From positions 3,472,001 through 3,536,000 of the forward strand of contig CM038998.1 in assembly GCA_017499595.2 (NCBI GenBank): a stretch of DNA of 64,000 nt, read 5' to 3'. Position numbers and translations under genes: made by a program. Below, one piece after another: positions 36,482-49,888 of this stretch (position 1 is its first letter; the number at the start of each line of letters is the position of its first letter). The stretch is from Psilocybe cubensis (taxonomy: Eukaryota). Under the pieces are notes generated by a model. It was not told where the DNA came from, did no database searches, and saw nothing but the letters and a program-made list of their open reading frames with translations.

Positions 36482-37749
36482 CTATTTTTGGATCACACTT
36501 GAAGGTCGCATAGCGTAGCCAGTCCATGACTGAAAAAGTGCTTTTAAATAATTTAGAGTGGTAAATAATTACACGAAAACCTACCTCGTCGTATAATCCA
36601 ACCTTTTTGACTCCCAGAAGTTGCAATCCAAGCCACAAGACACCCGCAGTCATACCACTTCCGCAGCTAGTGACAACAGATCGTTCCCCTTGAATGATTT
36701 TGTGGGCTTCCGCAGGTCCTACTGCGCTTTCCAAGGCTTTGCGAATTTCAGATGGAGGTAAAAATGTGGTATATTCTTTACCATCCTTTGTTGTGTGTTT
36801 ATCGAGGAAAAGACTGAATGTCAGTGAAAAAGAGTGAGGTATATGCCCCGACGAGAGGCCCGCACGGGGTTCGGGATCACTTCCGTTGAACCTGCCAAAA
36901 TTATGGGTTACGGAGAGTAATCCGAGGAAGTCAAGGGAGATGCGCTTACCTTCCTTTGGGTCTAGCGTCGAGGACTATTTCTGATTTTGCTTCTGCTGCG
37001 GGGTCGAACTGCGAATTCGACACTATTTCATCATAACCTAAAACAATAATACATAAGACGGAGACTGGAAAAAAAGTCGAGGAAATGGCTTTACTCCTGA
37101 TAGATTTCTCATCGAATTCAGGGAGAGAATATTCAGTAGGCTGAAGGTCAGCAGGAGAAGAGGTCTCGACAGGCATGCCTTCGTCAATCCACCGAGGAAG
37201 GCCACCATCAATGATACTGGAGTTCTTATGGCCAAAGGATCTGAACATAAACAAAGCGCGAGGGGCCGAAAAGACTCCATGAGCGTCGTAGCTTTGCACA
37301 ACTTAGTGAAACCCTGGATGCTCAGTAAAAAGATTGTAGAGCCTCACATGATGACGTGAGTGGAAGGAGAGATCCCCAATCTTCCTGGATATGACCGCCT
37401 CAGAATAGCTGTATTTCGTCCGCTATTGTCGAACACACGTACCACATGCATGTGCAAAGGTTTGTCTGTCTGGCATCATGTGCTTGAGACCCAGTTCTGA
37501 AGAACTTGCAACCTCATCTAGATCGAGAAACTGAGATTTCGGTATCCTTTTGTCGAGGAATTCTAGTTTTGCATTCCTTGGGGAGTTTGGCATGAACCAG
37601 GTTGAGTCGAGTATCGAGACAGGTTGTCCACCCGATTTAGTGATTTCATTGACCTGAGCCGGAGAAAGCAAGAGAGGGGCGGCAGCAAAAGACATTCTTC
37701 TCGTTGCTACTAGAGATGATATATAGACCGTTGCTCTGAGAAGACCCAT
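36482..37749 (-). CDS. TUM1: Tandem-domain 3-mercaptopyruvate sulfurtransferase (Tum1/MPST)
   Basis: ILDSTWFMP, RIPKSQFLDLD, SAPRALFMFRSFGH, IDGGLPRW, VLDARPKGRF, SGHIPHS, active loop SCGSGMTA, LYDE|SWTGY. Confidence 0.9.
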
Positions 37750-37935
37750 TGCGACGAACTTACACAAATTCAAAAGCTCTTATTGCTTTGAAGGTAAAGG
37801 GAACTAAGTTGACAGTGGATCTACATTACCAAACTCAACAGCCTCAGAAGACAACAACAATCAACTTGTGATAATGCGCTTCAACGCTTGCCCCTGTGAC
37901 ATCCTCGCAAACTCGGATTGTCCATTTTCATCCAT

Positions 37936-39557
37936 ATGCCTTCAGACCAGAGTACCTGGCTTATAGCTGTTCCTCAGGGACACGACCCACAGGCTACATA
38001 TCAGAAGCTCGCCACTAAATTAGGGCAACAGGCCAAACTGCCCTCTAGGAATATCGGCCAACTCGCCATCCCCATATTCAAGGTCAACCGTTAGTTGCTG
38101 CATCGAAGAACATCGCAATGGCTGAACTAGTTGGATCTAATAGACTGGGACTCTCGATTCTCTCATTGCTCTATCGGAAGATTTGCCAAAGCAAGAAAGC
38201 TTCTTCACAGCGACTGTAGCAAAGAATGTGGAGACACTGCGCAACCTCTTGAACAACGATCCAGCAAAACTTGAACAGCATGTTCTAGTAGACGAACAGA
38301 GCGTTGATACCTATCTATTAAATGGCTGGAAGTGGAATGAGGATCGTTATGATGTGCAGAAGAGCTTGCGGGAATTGGTAAACACGTTACACAAGGTATT
38401 TGTTACATTTTTTCTACAACACCTCTTCTCAATAATTGCACTTTTTGTGTAAAGGAAATGACATCCATTGATAATGCGATGAAAGCGAAACTGAACAACT
38501 ATAACTTGGTAAAGGGATCCCTGACTCAAATGCAACGAAAGAAAGCGTACGCAGATGCTATCTTTCTTCCGCTCCATACCTGCTAATAGCTTGTAAAGTG
38601 GAAACCTCTCGATTCGGTCCTTGGCTGACGTAGTTTCCAAAGACGATTTCATCCAGGATTCGGAATACTTGGAGACCTTGCTCGTTGCTGTACCGAAGTA
38701 AGATGATCGCATATGTCATACAGTGTTGCTTTAATCAATCCTAAGGTCTCTTACCAAAGACTGGAACGACAAATACGAAAGATTGGCATCAATGGTCGTT
38801 CCTAGAACCTCAACGTGCGTGGCTTGCACACGAATATATGCGTGGAACCATCATTTACTTTCATTTGCTCTAGGCTCATAACCACAGATGATGAATACTC
38901 ACTGTTTAGTGTCGTGATTTTCCGTCGAGTTCATGATGAATTTGTACAGAAGTGCCGTGAACAAAAGTCAGCAATGATCCGTATTCTCTTGATAATAATG
39001 ACTTACTATAAAGTACCTCTGAAGGTTTATTGTCCGGGATTTTGTCTATTCAGAAGAAGAAATCGCAAAACAGCAACAGGAGCTGGAAATAGCAGGGACA
39101 ACCGCGAAGGAACTTTGGGTAAGCCCAAAGTCTGCTAAAATTGATATTTTATTTTATCATGATTCTCCGTAGACGGAACTCTTGCGATTAGCACGAACGA
39201 ACTTTTCTGAGTCTTTGCAGATTCTTGTTCATCTTAAAGTCATTAGACTATTTGTGGAGAGTGTTCTGCGATACGGACTACCAGCAGAATATATTGGCTT
39301 TGTGGTAAAGGTTAGCGTTTGGTTTATCCCATCGTGTATCGATTTGTTCTCACCTCCATCGTCGTTAGCCCGAACCAAAAAACGTTAAGAAAGTTTTCAA
39401 CATTCTCCAAACACAATTTGCATACCTCAGCTCCAGATCAAGCGTCGCTCAAGGTGGAAAGATTGGTGGTGAGGAGTTTATTGGAGAGTATCAGACTCTT
39501 ATGGATCAAGAATTCTTTGATTTCATTCTCTATGAGGTTCCTTGGATTGTCACTTAG
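37936..39557 (+). CDS. VMA5: V-type H+-ATPase subunit C
   Basis: [76 protein letters not shown]. Confidence 0.95.
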
Positions 39558-39956
39558 CTTGAAACGTACATCTTTTCCAGTTGCGAACACCTACTTCATA
39601 ACCAAATTAATTAGTAACGAATAAACTAAGGCCAACCTAATGCGGCGGGATAAGATAGTGTACATGACATGAAAGTTACTTGGGATGACAGAGAAAATAA
39701 ACTTGGTACAAGCCGTTGTCAGAACATTTGCAAACGCACGAGCAAAGGAGGGGATGCGAGTTGAGTTGAGTGAGGAGGGAAAGTGAAATAATGAGTTGGC
39801 AATAGATAATCGAAAGGAAGGTAGAGGCTATAGCAATAACAGTATATAAAACACAAACAAGCTCTTTATGCAGATACTTTTGTTACATCGAATGGGATAT
39901 AACGTCCAATTTTCTTCTTCGCGCGTAAATGACACCCGTCGACAATGTCCAAATAT

Positions 39957-42900
39957 CTACAATCCGAGGTTAGAAATGACCCGGGAAACTTCATCGACCC
40001 CATCATCGTCTAGGGTGGGTCTTGTCTGAGCCGGTTGGCCAAATACACCTGATGACCGAGCTGAAAGTGGGGGACCGTAAACACTGGGGAATGAAGGGGC
40101 AGTGGGGGAATTAGGGCTCGAATTCCCTCCAGTACCACCAGTGGAAGTTGTGGGTGATTCCGGTACAGCGTTGCTCGAACCCGATTCAGCGATTTTTGAA
40201 AGAGAATACCTCAGGTCGAGAGACTGAGCACGGTTATTCAGCGATCGAGGTTGTTTCGTGGCTTGCTCCTTGATCTTGGCTTCTAAAAGTGAGTCCGAAC
40301 CACGTTTAATCGCATCTTGTGAATGCCTAGAGCGATGTGGCATTCCGGTTCCCTAAGAAATGTGATGAGCACAGCACTAGTGCAGGTACGCCATAGAAGT
40401 GAAGAAAGACATACGATAGGCGGAAGAGGGGTCCAATAATCAACACCAGGCGCCGAGGGACCGGGAATATAGTTTGTTTCGACGTCCTCTTGTGCTTCAA
40501 TGTTATAAATATATGCAGGCGAGTTAAAGAGTGCTTTGACGTCCGGAGATGAATTAGCGAGTCTCAGGCGGCGGTCACCCATGACGTCGGAGCGTCCCAT
40601 ATCCATAGATTCTGAATAATACCCTTAAGACATGTCCATGGATACAGTGAAAGATAAAACATACCATGGCCGCGTGTCCTGGCTGCAGAAAGCACTTTGC
40701 TATCAAAATGGGGGAATGCCTCGGCAAACGAATCGTTCTTCTTGTGAGATTGAGCCGTCGGAGATGGGTAGACGTGAATATTGTGATTCTGCAAAAATTG
40801 TTCCAGCATCTCCCTGGCGGTGATCAAGAAATCACTATTGCTACGCTGACAGCGGAACTTGAAGGAATATTCTGTTGGAGTCTCGGTGCCTGTACTTCCA
40901 TTAGGAATTCCAGCCCTCCGGAAATTGGGAGAGATCGAGACTTGAAGCTCCCGTTTGACGTGCTCTACCATGGCATTGAATTCCGGAGAAGCACAAACAC
41001 GAGGCAGCTCGCTGCTGGGAGGAACAGCCATGTCCGCCTCGAACGGAACGTGATCCTAGAAGGGCGTGAACATACACATGTTGACGAAAGCAAATATTCA
41101 CGTACCAAAAGCATAGTAGCAGCAATTTGAACCTGGCTTTCTGGACCATAGATCGTGACAACATCAGAGGCTGTCTCTTTGTCGGGAAAGCGTACGCGAG
41201 AGTTGGTCTTCGTTTCGATGTCACGGATGAATATACTTTTCTCTCCAAGCAAGGTACGATGGTATCGACGTGGTATCGAAACCGTCTCATTGACGAAGTC
41301 CTTGTCCTAATGGATAGTAGGTCAGAAGTTGTAGTAGAATGCTGATGATGGAGTTCACCTTGGGATTGACAAGTTCCATGACAGATTGTTTGAGGTTATC
41401 CAAATTGATGGCATTTTTGGCAGGTGTTCGAGCAACAACGTTGTCGTCGTTGTCATTATATCCACCCAAGGCGGCAAACTCCTCTGCGTTCGAGAATTTG
41501 ACATATACGCCATACTTTTTCATAATGCGCTGAATACTCCTCCCTCCAACTCCTATGATACGTTTGTGATAGCCTTCTGGAACATGGAAGGAAATTTCGG
41601 CTGGAAGTTCCTCTTGAAGTAAAGTAAGTCCCTGAAGCACAGAGTTATCGGGTCCGGCGATATCGATAAGGAAATTATGGTCATTAAAAGTTTCGAATTT
41701 GATTTTTACGTTCGTCGTCTGCATGATTTTGTTGATTTTGCCGTTCTTCTTGCCACTGATGAAATCCCGGTGCTCGTTTGATAGTTCTATTTGAAACCGA
41801 ATCTCATGATGGAATGCCTGCCAAACAAGATGAAAAGGTGGTAACAATAAGACTAAAAACAAGGTACCTTGATGATGTCTAACTCCATTATCATATTAAC
41901 TGCCGCCCGTACTTCTTGTTCAAGCCCGTGCATCTCAAAGCACATACTCTTGAATACGACTTCCGCTCCCGTCGCGGTCGATATTTGCTTCAACAACGCA
42001 GTAATTGTTGAGCTATTAAGGTTTGCGGGGGGTAAAAGAGCATTGAATTGTACTGGCAAAAGCCAGAACGAACCGACGTAGTATTGGCAAGCCTAGACGT
42101 AAACACATATTGGTCATCAACTTTATAAACTGAAAGAAATATTACATACCAGCTGCATGATTGACCTAACGGTACGTTGGATGTTGACTCTATGGTCACC
42201 ATAGACGGTGATCAGGCTGGTGGAACTTCCCAGCGGAGGAAATTGAATGAAAGTAGCGTTGTCACTCATAATCGATTTGAGGTCCTCCGCTCGGTCGGTT
42301 ACCATCCAATCAAGCTTACGGGGTAGGATGGCCGTATCCCTCGAAATGACCGATTTACTCTACAATTAAAAATTAGTCTAGTGCAATCAAAAAGAAGAAG
42401 CCCTACTTTGGTGACGGAAACTTGGAAGAGCATGTCGCGAGCTCTCTGAACTCCAAAAAATTCCCCAGTAATCCAAATGACATTACTGTTGCGAGCACCA
42501 GTGGCTGAGTGCGCGCTGATATCCGGACCAATGAGGTCTTGCAGAGGAGAAGGATAATAGATGTTGGTCGCAGTTTCTTCCTGGATGGTTTGCAAAACAT
42601 TTCGTTTACGACCAGCCACGATGGCATGCAATTTGTGATCAATCTCGCACACTTCTGAGTGCAGACCGCTCTAAAATCGGGTAAGCTACGTAAAATGTGG
42701 AGAAAAACGACGCACTAATTCATCCAGCATTACCAATAAGCGTACACGAGCCAGGTCGACTGCATCCTCAGTCCCAGTGATGACCAACTCACAAACGCGT
42801 TCAGTTTCTAACCCAGACCAACCAGCACTGCTACTAATCCCATCAGGCGGCGTGCGGTTGGAAAGTGACAAAGGACTGTTGACGACGGCTATGTGCGCTA

Positions 42901-43413
42901 AAGTTTGGGAGGCAATGTCATCCAGCCTCCGCCGGACTTCAGGTTTAAGAGTAGGCTTCGAGAATGGGGAATCGAGAATTTCGGACCGCGTCACTTTGAT
43001 AGTTGCTCGGTGCTGTTTCGTTAGCTGTCAGTAAATTTCTTCATGAGGGTCCTAGAAAAACTCACTTGAATAGGACATTCTTTCAAAATCAAACCACGAG
43101 TTATCATAACCTGCTGATATGCTCCAGTGATATGAAAATTCCAGGCCCTGCCCTGATCAACCATATAATACGAGACATGGCAACCATGTACAGACATGGC
43201 CATCATGGCCAGTTTCTGGATTGCCTCCGCGTCTGCTGCGACAGAAACATCAGATAGCTTCGGGTTGGAAGGTTGAAGATGCTGCGCAGACGGGTATTGG
43301 TCTGAGAGAGAGGAAGACTTGAGGTCTGAGGATTGGAAGTCGAGAGAGGAAGCAGGAGAATGAATGTGGCGCGACCTGCGTGGATAAGTAAAAGATGTGG
43401 TGTAGACGTCCAT
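39957..43413 (-). CDS. Multi-KH-domain RNA-binding protein (Mug60/YLL032C/BICC1-like)
   Basis: Repeated KH units: LHAIVAGRKRNVLQTIQEET, HRDFISGKKNGKINKIMQ, YHKRIIGVGGRSIQRIMK, LLGEKSIFIRDIETKT. Confidence 0.8.
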
Positions 43414-43779
43414 GTCCGGTGGTTCGTATCGTAGATTATAGAAGTGGATGGGTAGAGAAAATGCTGGGATGGGAGGGTATGATGATTGTTAGGAGGGTAT
43501 TGACACAAAAAATTGGTATCAATGTTCAAATCGTCCTGCCCAGTCTTTTTTTGAGGGAAAAGATGAAGGAATAGACAATAGGTGGGACGAAGAGAAGATA
43601 GAAAAGCAGAGACAAGATATAAAAGAGGATATATAGGAGCAAAACGAACAATTTGCAACAAGTCCAACACCAACTCAAAAGAGTCTCAGCCGGTTTCGCG
43701 GACTCAAAACATACCGCGGGCTTTCAATTCCACAAATGACATAAACAATTTATTTCTGAAACATATATATAATCATCCA

Positions 43780-45484
43780 TTATTCCTCCAGTTCCCATTC
43801 TGCTTCAGGCACGTCAATGACGTCGAATAGCTGGTTGAAGCAGCCATGCTTTGGATTCGAAAAATGCGCATATGGCTGGTCCGGGTTCAGGCGTTCGCCA
43901 CAGCGATAGCAGAAATGCTGAGAGCACTTCCAACATGTCATCTAAATATGTTTAGTGATTTGAACAGCTTTGGTTCGCAGATGAGATAACCTACATGGTT
44001 GCAACCCATGTTCTTCTCCACATGACATTGGCATCCAGGGCACTGCATCGTAGACGAACTCAACCATTGCATGTTAGCTTTCTCTTCCTCGTACGTCGCA
44101 ACCAATCTGATAATATTGGCTTTTCCAAATCGGCGCTCCAGTTTGGCTCGCTCCGGGGATCCTTCTTCTGCACCGAGATATTCTAAGGCCAGGTGTTCAT
44201 ACTGAGCAATGGGGCACTTATCCAGTGGTCCATGCCTGAATCATTTATTAGTCTGCGCTGATTGATCTCCACAACATTCTCACCAGGTTCGTCTGCAAAA
44301 TGCACAGAAAGAGTAACCGCACCGAGGGCATGTTCGTAACCTGCTCCAACCTGGTGTTTCTTTGTCGGCATCGATGGGTTTTGGGACGGGGGCTTGACAA
44401 ACAGCGACTGGGCAGTGTACAACGGTCGGATCTGTACATGACAATCAAACGAGTAGTCTTCTGATGAAAGGAAAATTTACCTCTTTCAACATTGCGCTTC
44501 TCTCGTAGCCATTTCCAACGTTGCAATTCTGCTTCTGTCACCACTCTGGCCACTTCTTCTTCGCCAGCTTCATTTGCCTTCTTGACACACTCTGGGTCTG
44601 GACAACCCACACGGCTGATGTCACCTTCCGCAATGCACATTTTCCAGAAATCCTCTAAACAAGTACGGCAGAAAATATGTTTGCACTTAAGTTGCAAGCA
44701 TTTAGATCCTTTGAGCGACGTGAGGCACACAGAACAGGGATATGAATTCTGTGCAAATTGACTAGATTGTGCAGAACTGTCGTACTCCAATAGCAGAGGA
44801 GCGATCAAACGTGGGGCAGGATGAGGCAACCTTTTTGGAATGGTAGTTTGATTAACCTGAAGATGAGAAGACGTAAGAGCAATTTGGACGCACGCTATAA
44901 TATCACTATTGCCAGGGGATACCAAGTTCAACTTCTCTAGGAAGTCACCCGTACGTATGTACTCGATCCAATTAAATAAAACAGGTTCAGCGGTCTGCCA
45001 TAGTTCAATAAGCGTAGATTGTAGAACCTCGACCTCTGATAACCAGATGTGCGTTGCCCGTATCGAGGTTATTACAGGCGGTTTTTGGAGGGGATAGGAC
45101 CGTGGCAGGGTAATATTGATCAAGATGGGAGGTAACGTAGTCAGTGAGATTGACTGAAGGGTTTGTTTCTTTTCAGGCAATGATGCTATGCCAGTATTAC
45201 TAGGAGGAGGTGGTTCCGAGATCAAAACGGATTTAGTTGTTCCAAATTGTACCGGGATTTCTAGTTTGAGAGCATCGCCGTCTAGATTTCGACTCGATAC
45301 AAATTCCGGGTATATTGACTAGGTTTCCAGACATGATCATTCCATTAGTCTATGTTTAACGCTATTCAATAGAGGTATAGCTGACCTCTAAAACTCCAAA
45401 TTCGTCCTGTTGCATTGATGTGCATTGCTCAAGCTGGTCGGCATCTAGGACCAGAGAATATACTTCTTCGACAGGTTGAGTCAT
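43780..45484 (-). CDS. RWD-RING-IBR-RING (RBR) E3 ubiquitin ligase, Itt1/RNF14-like, paralog A
   Basis: QQDEFGVLE|SIYP and RWD SYPLQKPP; RING1 CSVC..CKHIFCRTC..CPDPEC; IBR; RING2 CPGC..KNMGCNH|MTC..HFCYRC. Confidence 0.9.
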
Positions 45485-46063
45485 TGTATTTACCGTTGAA
45501 TAGTTTGTCAGTTCGAAAGTTCACGTTGATTGGTGTGGATAATGACGTTGGCTATTGAGTTGAATCAAAAGGTTAGCAGTGGATAGAAGTCTGTGTGAAT
45601 GTGTTCGGTTAGCGTATTCGTTCGATTAATAGATGAAAGGCAAGTGCAAAGAGTATCAATTTTCTAAAACTCGAAATGCCCCTATTTGGCAATTAGTCAT
45701 GGCGAGTCATGAGACTAAAAATAACCGTTCAAATTTGATGGCCACAAATCCACAAATACCTACATAAACCGAACTTGCTCAAGATTTTGGATATTAAATA
45801 CCCATTTCAAGTCAGATTTTAACTCGACAACTAAATCACTATCAATCAACAATAAAACCACACATACAGTAATTTTGACAGACTAGTGACAGGCGAGTCA
45901 AAGACAGACTACTCTAGTTAACACCAGGACAGCATGCACAACAAATTCCTTCGATGAAAAGTGGCCAGTGTCCACAGATTTGACGCCCATACATACATAT
46001 TTCCGACAAATGAAGTGAATATTACCGAGGGTCCAGCTTTTTGCAGGTTCAGAGTCTGCGCAG

Positions 46064-47640
46064 CTATTGAAACTTTCTTCGCATGCGCGTGAACCATTCT
46101 GCATGAATGAGATGCCCTCTTTCTCGACGCAAGTAAACCAGGTACGAAGATGCTGCCGAGAAGACTGCTCCAAAGCTGATCACAGCTGTGTATTTAAATT
46201 CTGACGGTCGACTGACGTAGCAGATTGAGCTTATGCAACATGATTGAAGAAAATGATGCGCACGACAGAAAGATGACCATGATATAGCGTAATAAATCCA
46301 ATAAGTTTTGCAGAGAGAATTGGAGTCCATTAAGGGTGTTTCGTCGTGGATGATCTGCTAGGGTGAGCTGAAGTAACTTTAGTTGGCAAAGGTCAAAAGA
46401 CCACAGTCCAATGCGTGATATAGCCATGCCTCCAAAAAGAAGAGCCTGGTTCCATGCAGGTGCCTTTGCACCCTGTTTCGTACCAATGTAAAATGAAATA
46501 ACCACTGGTAGGAGTGAGAAATTCTCCGACCTTTCAGCGTTGAATATCTCGTGGTCAAATAAGACACTTCATTACTTACCAAATACTCCAACTTCCTGCC
46601 CTTGTCAAGCCAACCTTTTTCTCCAGCACAGGCATGATGGCGGTCCCAAGTAATCCCGTGCAAACCGCTATCCCCCTCATCCCGGAAATGAGTCCATCAG
46701 AATATGTGTTTGTCTTCAGCCAGGCAACCATAGTTCCGTCGAAGCTAAGGGTAGTAAAATACAACAAAGAGATCGACAATGAGCTTAGAAAAACTGGGCT
46801 ATGGATAAATAGTTTCCAATCCTCATACGAAACCATGGCCCAAGTTTTGATTGAACTGAATGATAACTTTGAGGAAGGCGGTACCACTTGAGAATCAAGG
46901 TGACTTGTTCCAGCATCAACGGGGTGAAGGCTATGTGCTTCACGGTTCTGATTATCTGAAAGAACTGGAAAGTGTTTCCAAACAACGTTAATCCAGAGCA
47001 ATTCAAATGATAATCCACCGAGCGCAATAGCTGCAATGATGATAAGAGTCGTTGTGTTTCCGACCGTGCTTGTCAACAGGCCTGTGAACAAAGGTGATAA
47101 AAGCTTGCAGCCTAAGTCGATGCGCCTTATCCACAGATTCAATCGTGTGAGACGCGCGTTAGAGTTGGCTGCGATCGTTGTGACCCAATCCCTTTCAATG
47201 GCAACTGACATGGAGATATCTGCTAGCTTCATCACGCTACCTGCAACAGCAGTCAGAGAGAATAAAGTCCATACGATGCCATGTCCTCCCCGCCCAATTC
47301 TCTGGCCCGCTTCTTTCGACTCCGCTGGGAATTTGACAAATAGGACAAGCAGGAATGCATAAAGACAAACGACTGATAACTTGGCGAGAAAGATATTGAA
47401 CCGAATGACATTGAGTCGTGAGGGATGATCTACCAGAGATCCCGCATTTCCGCCAAACAGGATACCCGCAAGAGTGGTCACGAATCCGTACAGAGCTGCT
47501 GGCAAAAGTGTGGTTGGGAATAGGTCAATAATAAATAGGTAGCTGGCGAATTCGGCTGTCCTCTGGGTCCACGTTACTGAGATATGTTGGGCTGCGAGAG
47601 AAAAGAGTGCAACAGGGGCTAATGTATCATCCACTTCCAT
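46064..47640 (-). CDS. Ferroportin/SLC40 (IREG-like) divalent metal exporter, 3 exons
   Basis: HISVTWTQRTAEF, SVAIERDWV, RLNLWIRRIDLGCKLLSP, LLYFTTLSFDG, SRIGLWSFDL, LNGLQFSLQNLLDLL; many hydrophobic segments. Confidence 0.92.
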
Positions 47641-48115
47641 GATTCTGCCAAAATGTTATTGGGTGGAATTGAAAAACTGGTACAGAAGGAATAAAAGCAC
47701 TTTTGTTCTTGGGGATAGAGACCGAGACCGAACTATAGATATAAATAGCCAGACACAAACTTTGGTTCCTGTAAGAGATGAAGGAGGCAGAGGAGGGTAG
47801 AGAGGAGGTCAGGTGATACTTTAATTTAATCAACTACACCAGTGTTTATGAGAAAGGGGGCAGGGATGAATTATCCCTCTTGGACCCTCATACCATTATT
47901 CAATACGAAAGGTTTTTAGCATCTACTCAATGGAAGTTTACAATGAGGCAGGTAATGACACAAATGAATACACATTGTTCATGAATCAGCTGGTATATTG
48001 AAACAGGTAGATAGCACATAAGAAACGATATGTTCTGCACTGTTCTGCATTGGGACCGTACTTCTCTCCAAACATAAAATCTACGTCAAAAAATATGACA
48101 AGCAAAAAAGAGATA

Positions 48116-49783
48116 TCATTGCCATCCATCGTCGTCGAAAGGCACAAAATCAAAGAGTTTCTTGAAGCATGGACTCCCTTCTTTCGAAAAGTGACTGTAT
48201 GGTGACTTTGAGTCCAGGAGACCTCCGCAACGATAACAAAAATGCTTGTTGCATCTAGTGCATGTAATCTAAAATGAAGAGCAGTGATGTAGAATCATAA
48301 ACGATAAATCGCCTGAAAAATTAACTTACATGATTGCAGCCCTCGCTTTTCTGTACGGGAGATTCGCAACCAGGGCAAAGAGTAGTAGAAGATGAAATCC
48401 ACTGTTCAGTTGCTTGATCTTGTTCATGTTGAGCTACAAGACGGAGAACGAACGATCGGCCATAGCGTAGTTCAATGGTTCTCCGTTCCACAGAATCTTC
48501 TTCAGCTGCAAGGTATTCCTGCAGAAGCTGTTGTTTATAACCGACAGCGCAAGGAGATACGGGACCATGCCTATGCTTTATTGATGAGTGCTCGATGAAG
48601 CTATGAGAGCTCATACTTACCATGTATTTTTGCACAGGGCGCAAAAACTGAATGAACATTCGCCACACTGCCTGAATCGTGCCCACCCAGTGTCCGGATC
48701 TGCGTCGCTCGGTAGGGATACCAGATTCTGACATTGAGGACGAGCACAGTGCATGATTGTTGGATCTGGATATTGCGTAAGCCCGGTGCACTGGACAATA
48801 AGACTAGTGGCCAATATTACCTCGTTCAAGCTCTCGCTTCATTTTCAGCCATCTCCATCGTTCAATCTCACAGACTGACACGACACTGGCAACCTCATCT
48901 TCGCATGCTTCCCTCCCATCCTTTATACAATCAGGATCTGGGCAACAAACACGGCCCACATCACCTTCTGTTATGCACATTGACCAGAAGTCTTCTAGGC
49001 AACCACGACAAAAGATATGCTCGCACTGCAACTTTACACAGTTCACACCTTTGAGATAGGTGAGACAAATAGAGCATGGGTAAGAATTTTGGGAGAATTG
49101 TGCTGAGCTAAAGGCGGCTTCGAAGTGACTTAGAGAAGTGACGAGAAACGAAGGGTCTGCATGGTGCAGCCTGTGAGTAGCTATGTCAGATAAAAGGTAA
49201 ATTGAGATATTCATATAATACGCACTCGACAGAAAGCCCATCATCCGGCGATAAAGCATGTAAATCTGCTAGGAAGCCTCCATTGCGAAGATACTCTATC
49301 CAATTATAAAGCACAGTCTCTCCTGAACTATATAATTTGAAAAGGGCATCTTTGATATCTTCAACGTTGCTAAACCATTTAAGGCTGACTTGCACCGAAA
49401 GGATGTCGGGCGGTGTATAAAGTGGGTAAGATGGAGGAAGTGAAATTTGCAAAACCACGGGAGGTAAAACGCTCAGTGAAAGCCCTTCCGACTTCCGCCT
49501 TGATGTGGTAGGCGACGAAGATGGTGAAGCAGAAGAGTTTGCATCGAACACGTTAACTACGCGAGGTGAGTCGAATTCGATGGATATTTCAAGTTTTAGA
49601 GTATTGTCCAATTTTCGACTGTGAATAAATTCGGGAAATATGGACTTGTAGCAAATTAGCCTGGTCAATTTTTGCAATAAGTTGACGACACACCTGCAGA
49701 ACTTCAAGTTCTTCATTTTGTAAAGTTAGACAAGTTTCAACATCGATGCTATTAGGAAGATTGATTAAGGATGGGATAGCCAT
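48116..49783 (-). CDS. RWD-RING-IBR-RING (RBR) E3 ubiquitin ligase, Itt1/RNF14-like, paralog B
   Basis: QNEELEVLQ|SIFP and RWD SYPLYTPP; RING1 CSIC..CEHIFCRGC..CPDPDC; IBR; RING2 CPGC..KSEGCNH|ITC..HFCYRC. Confidence 0.9.
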
Positions 49784-49888
49784 TCAAATGAGCTGTTGGG
49801 CGGCCTTATTAGATGGGTAGAGGTTGTTAAGTTTAGGGGATCACGCCTAGTGATATTAATAGCAGTCCCAATCTTGAGTTCATACTGC

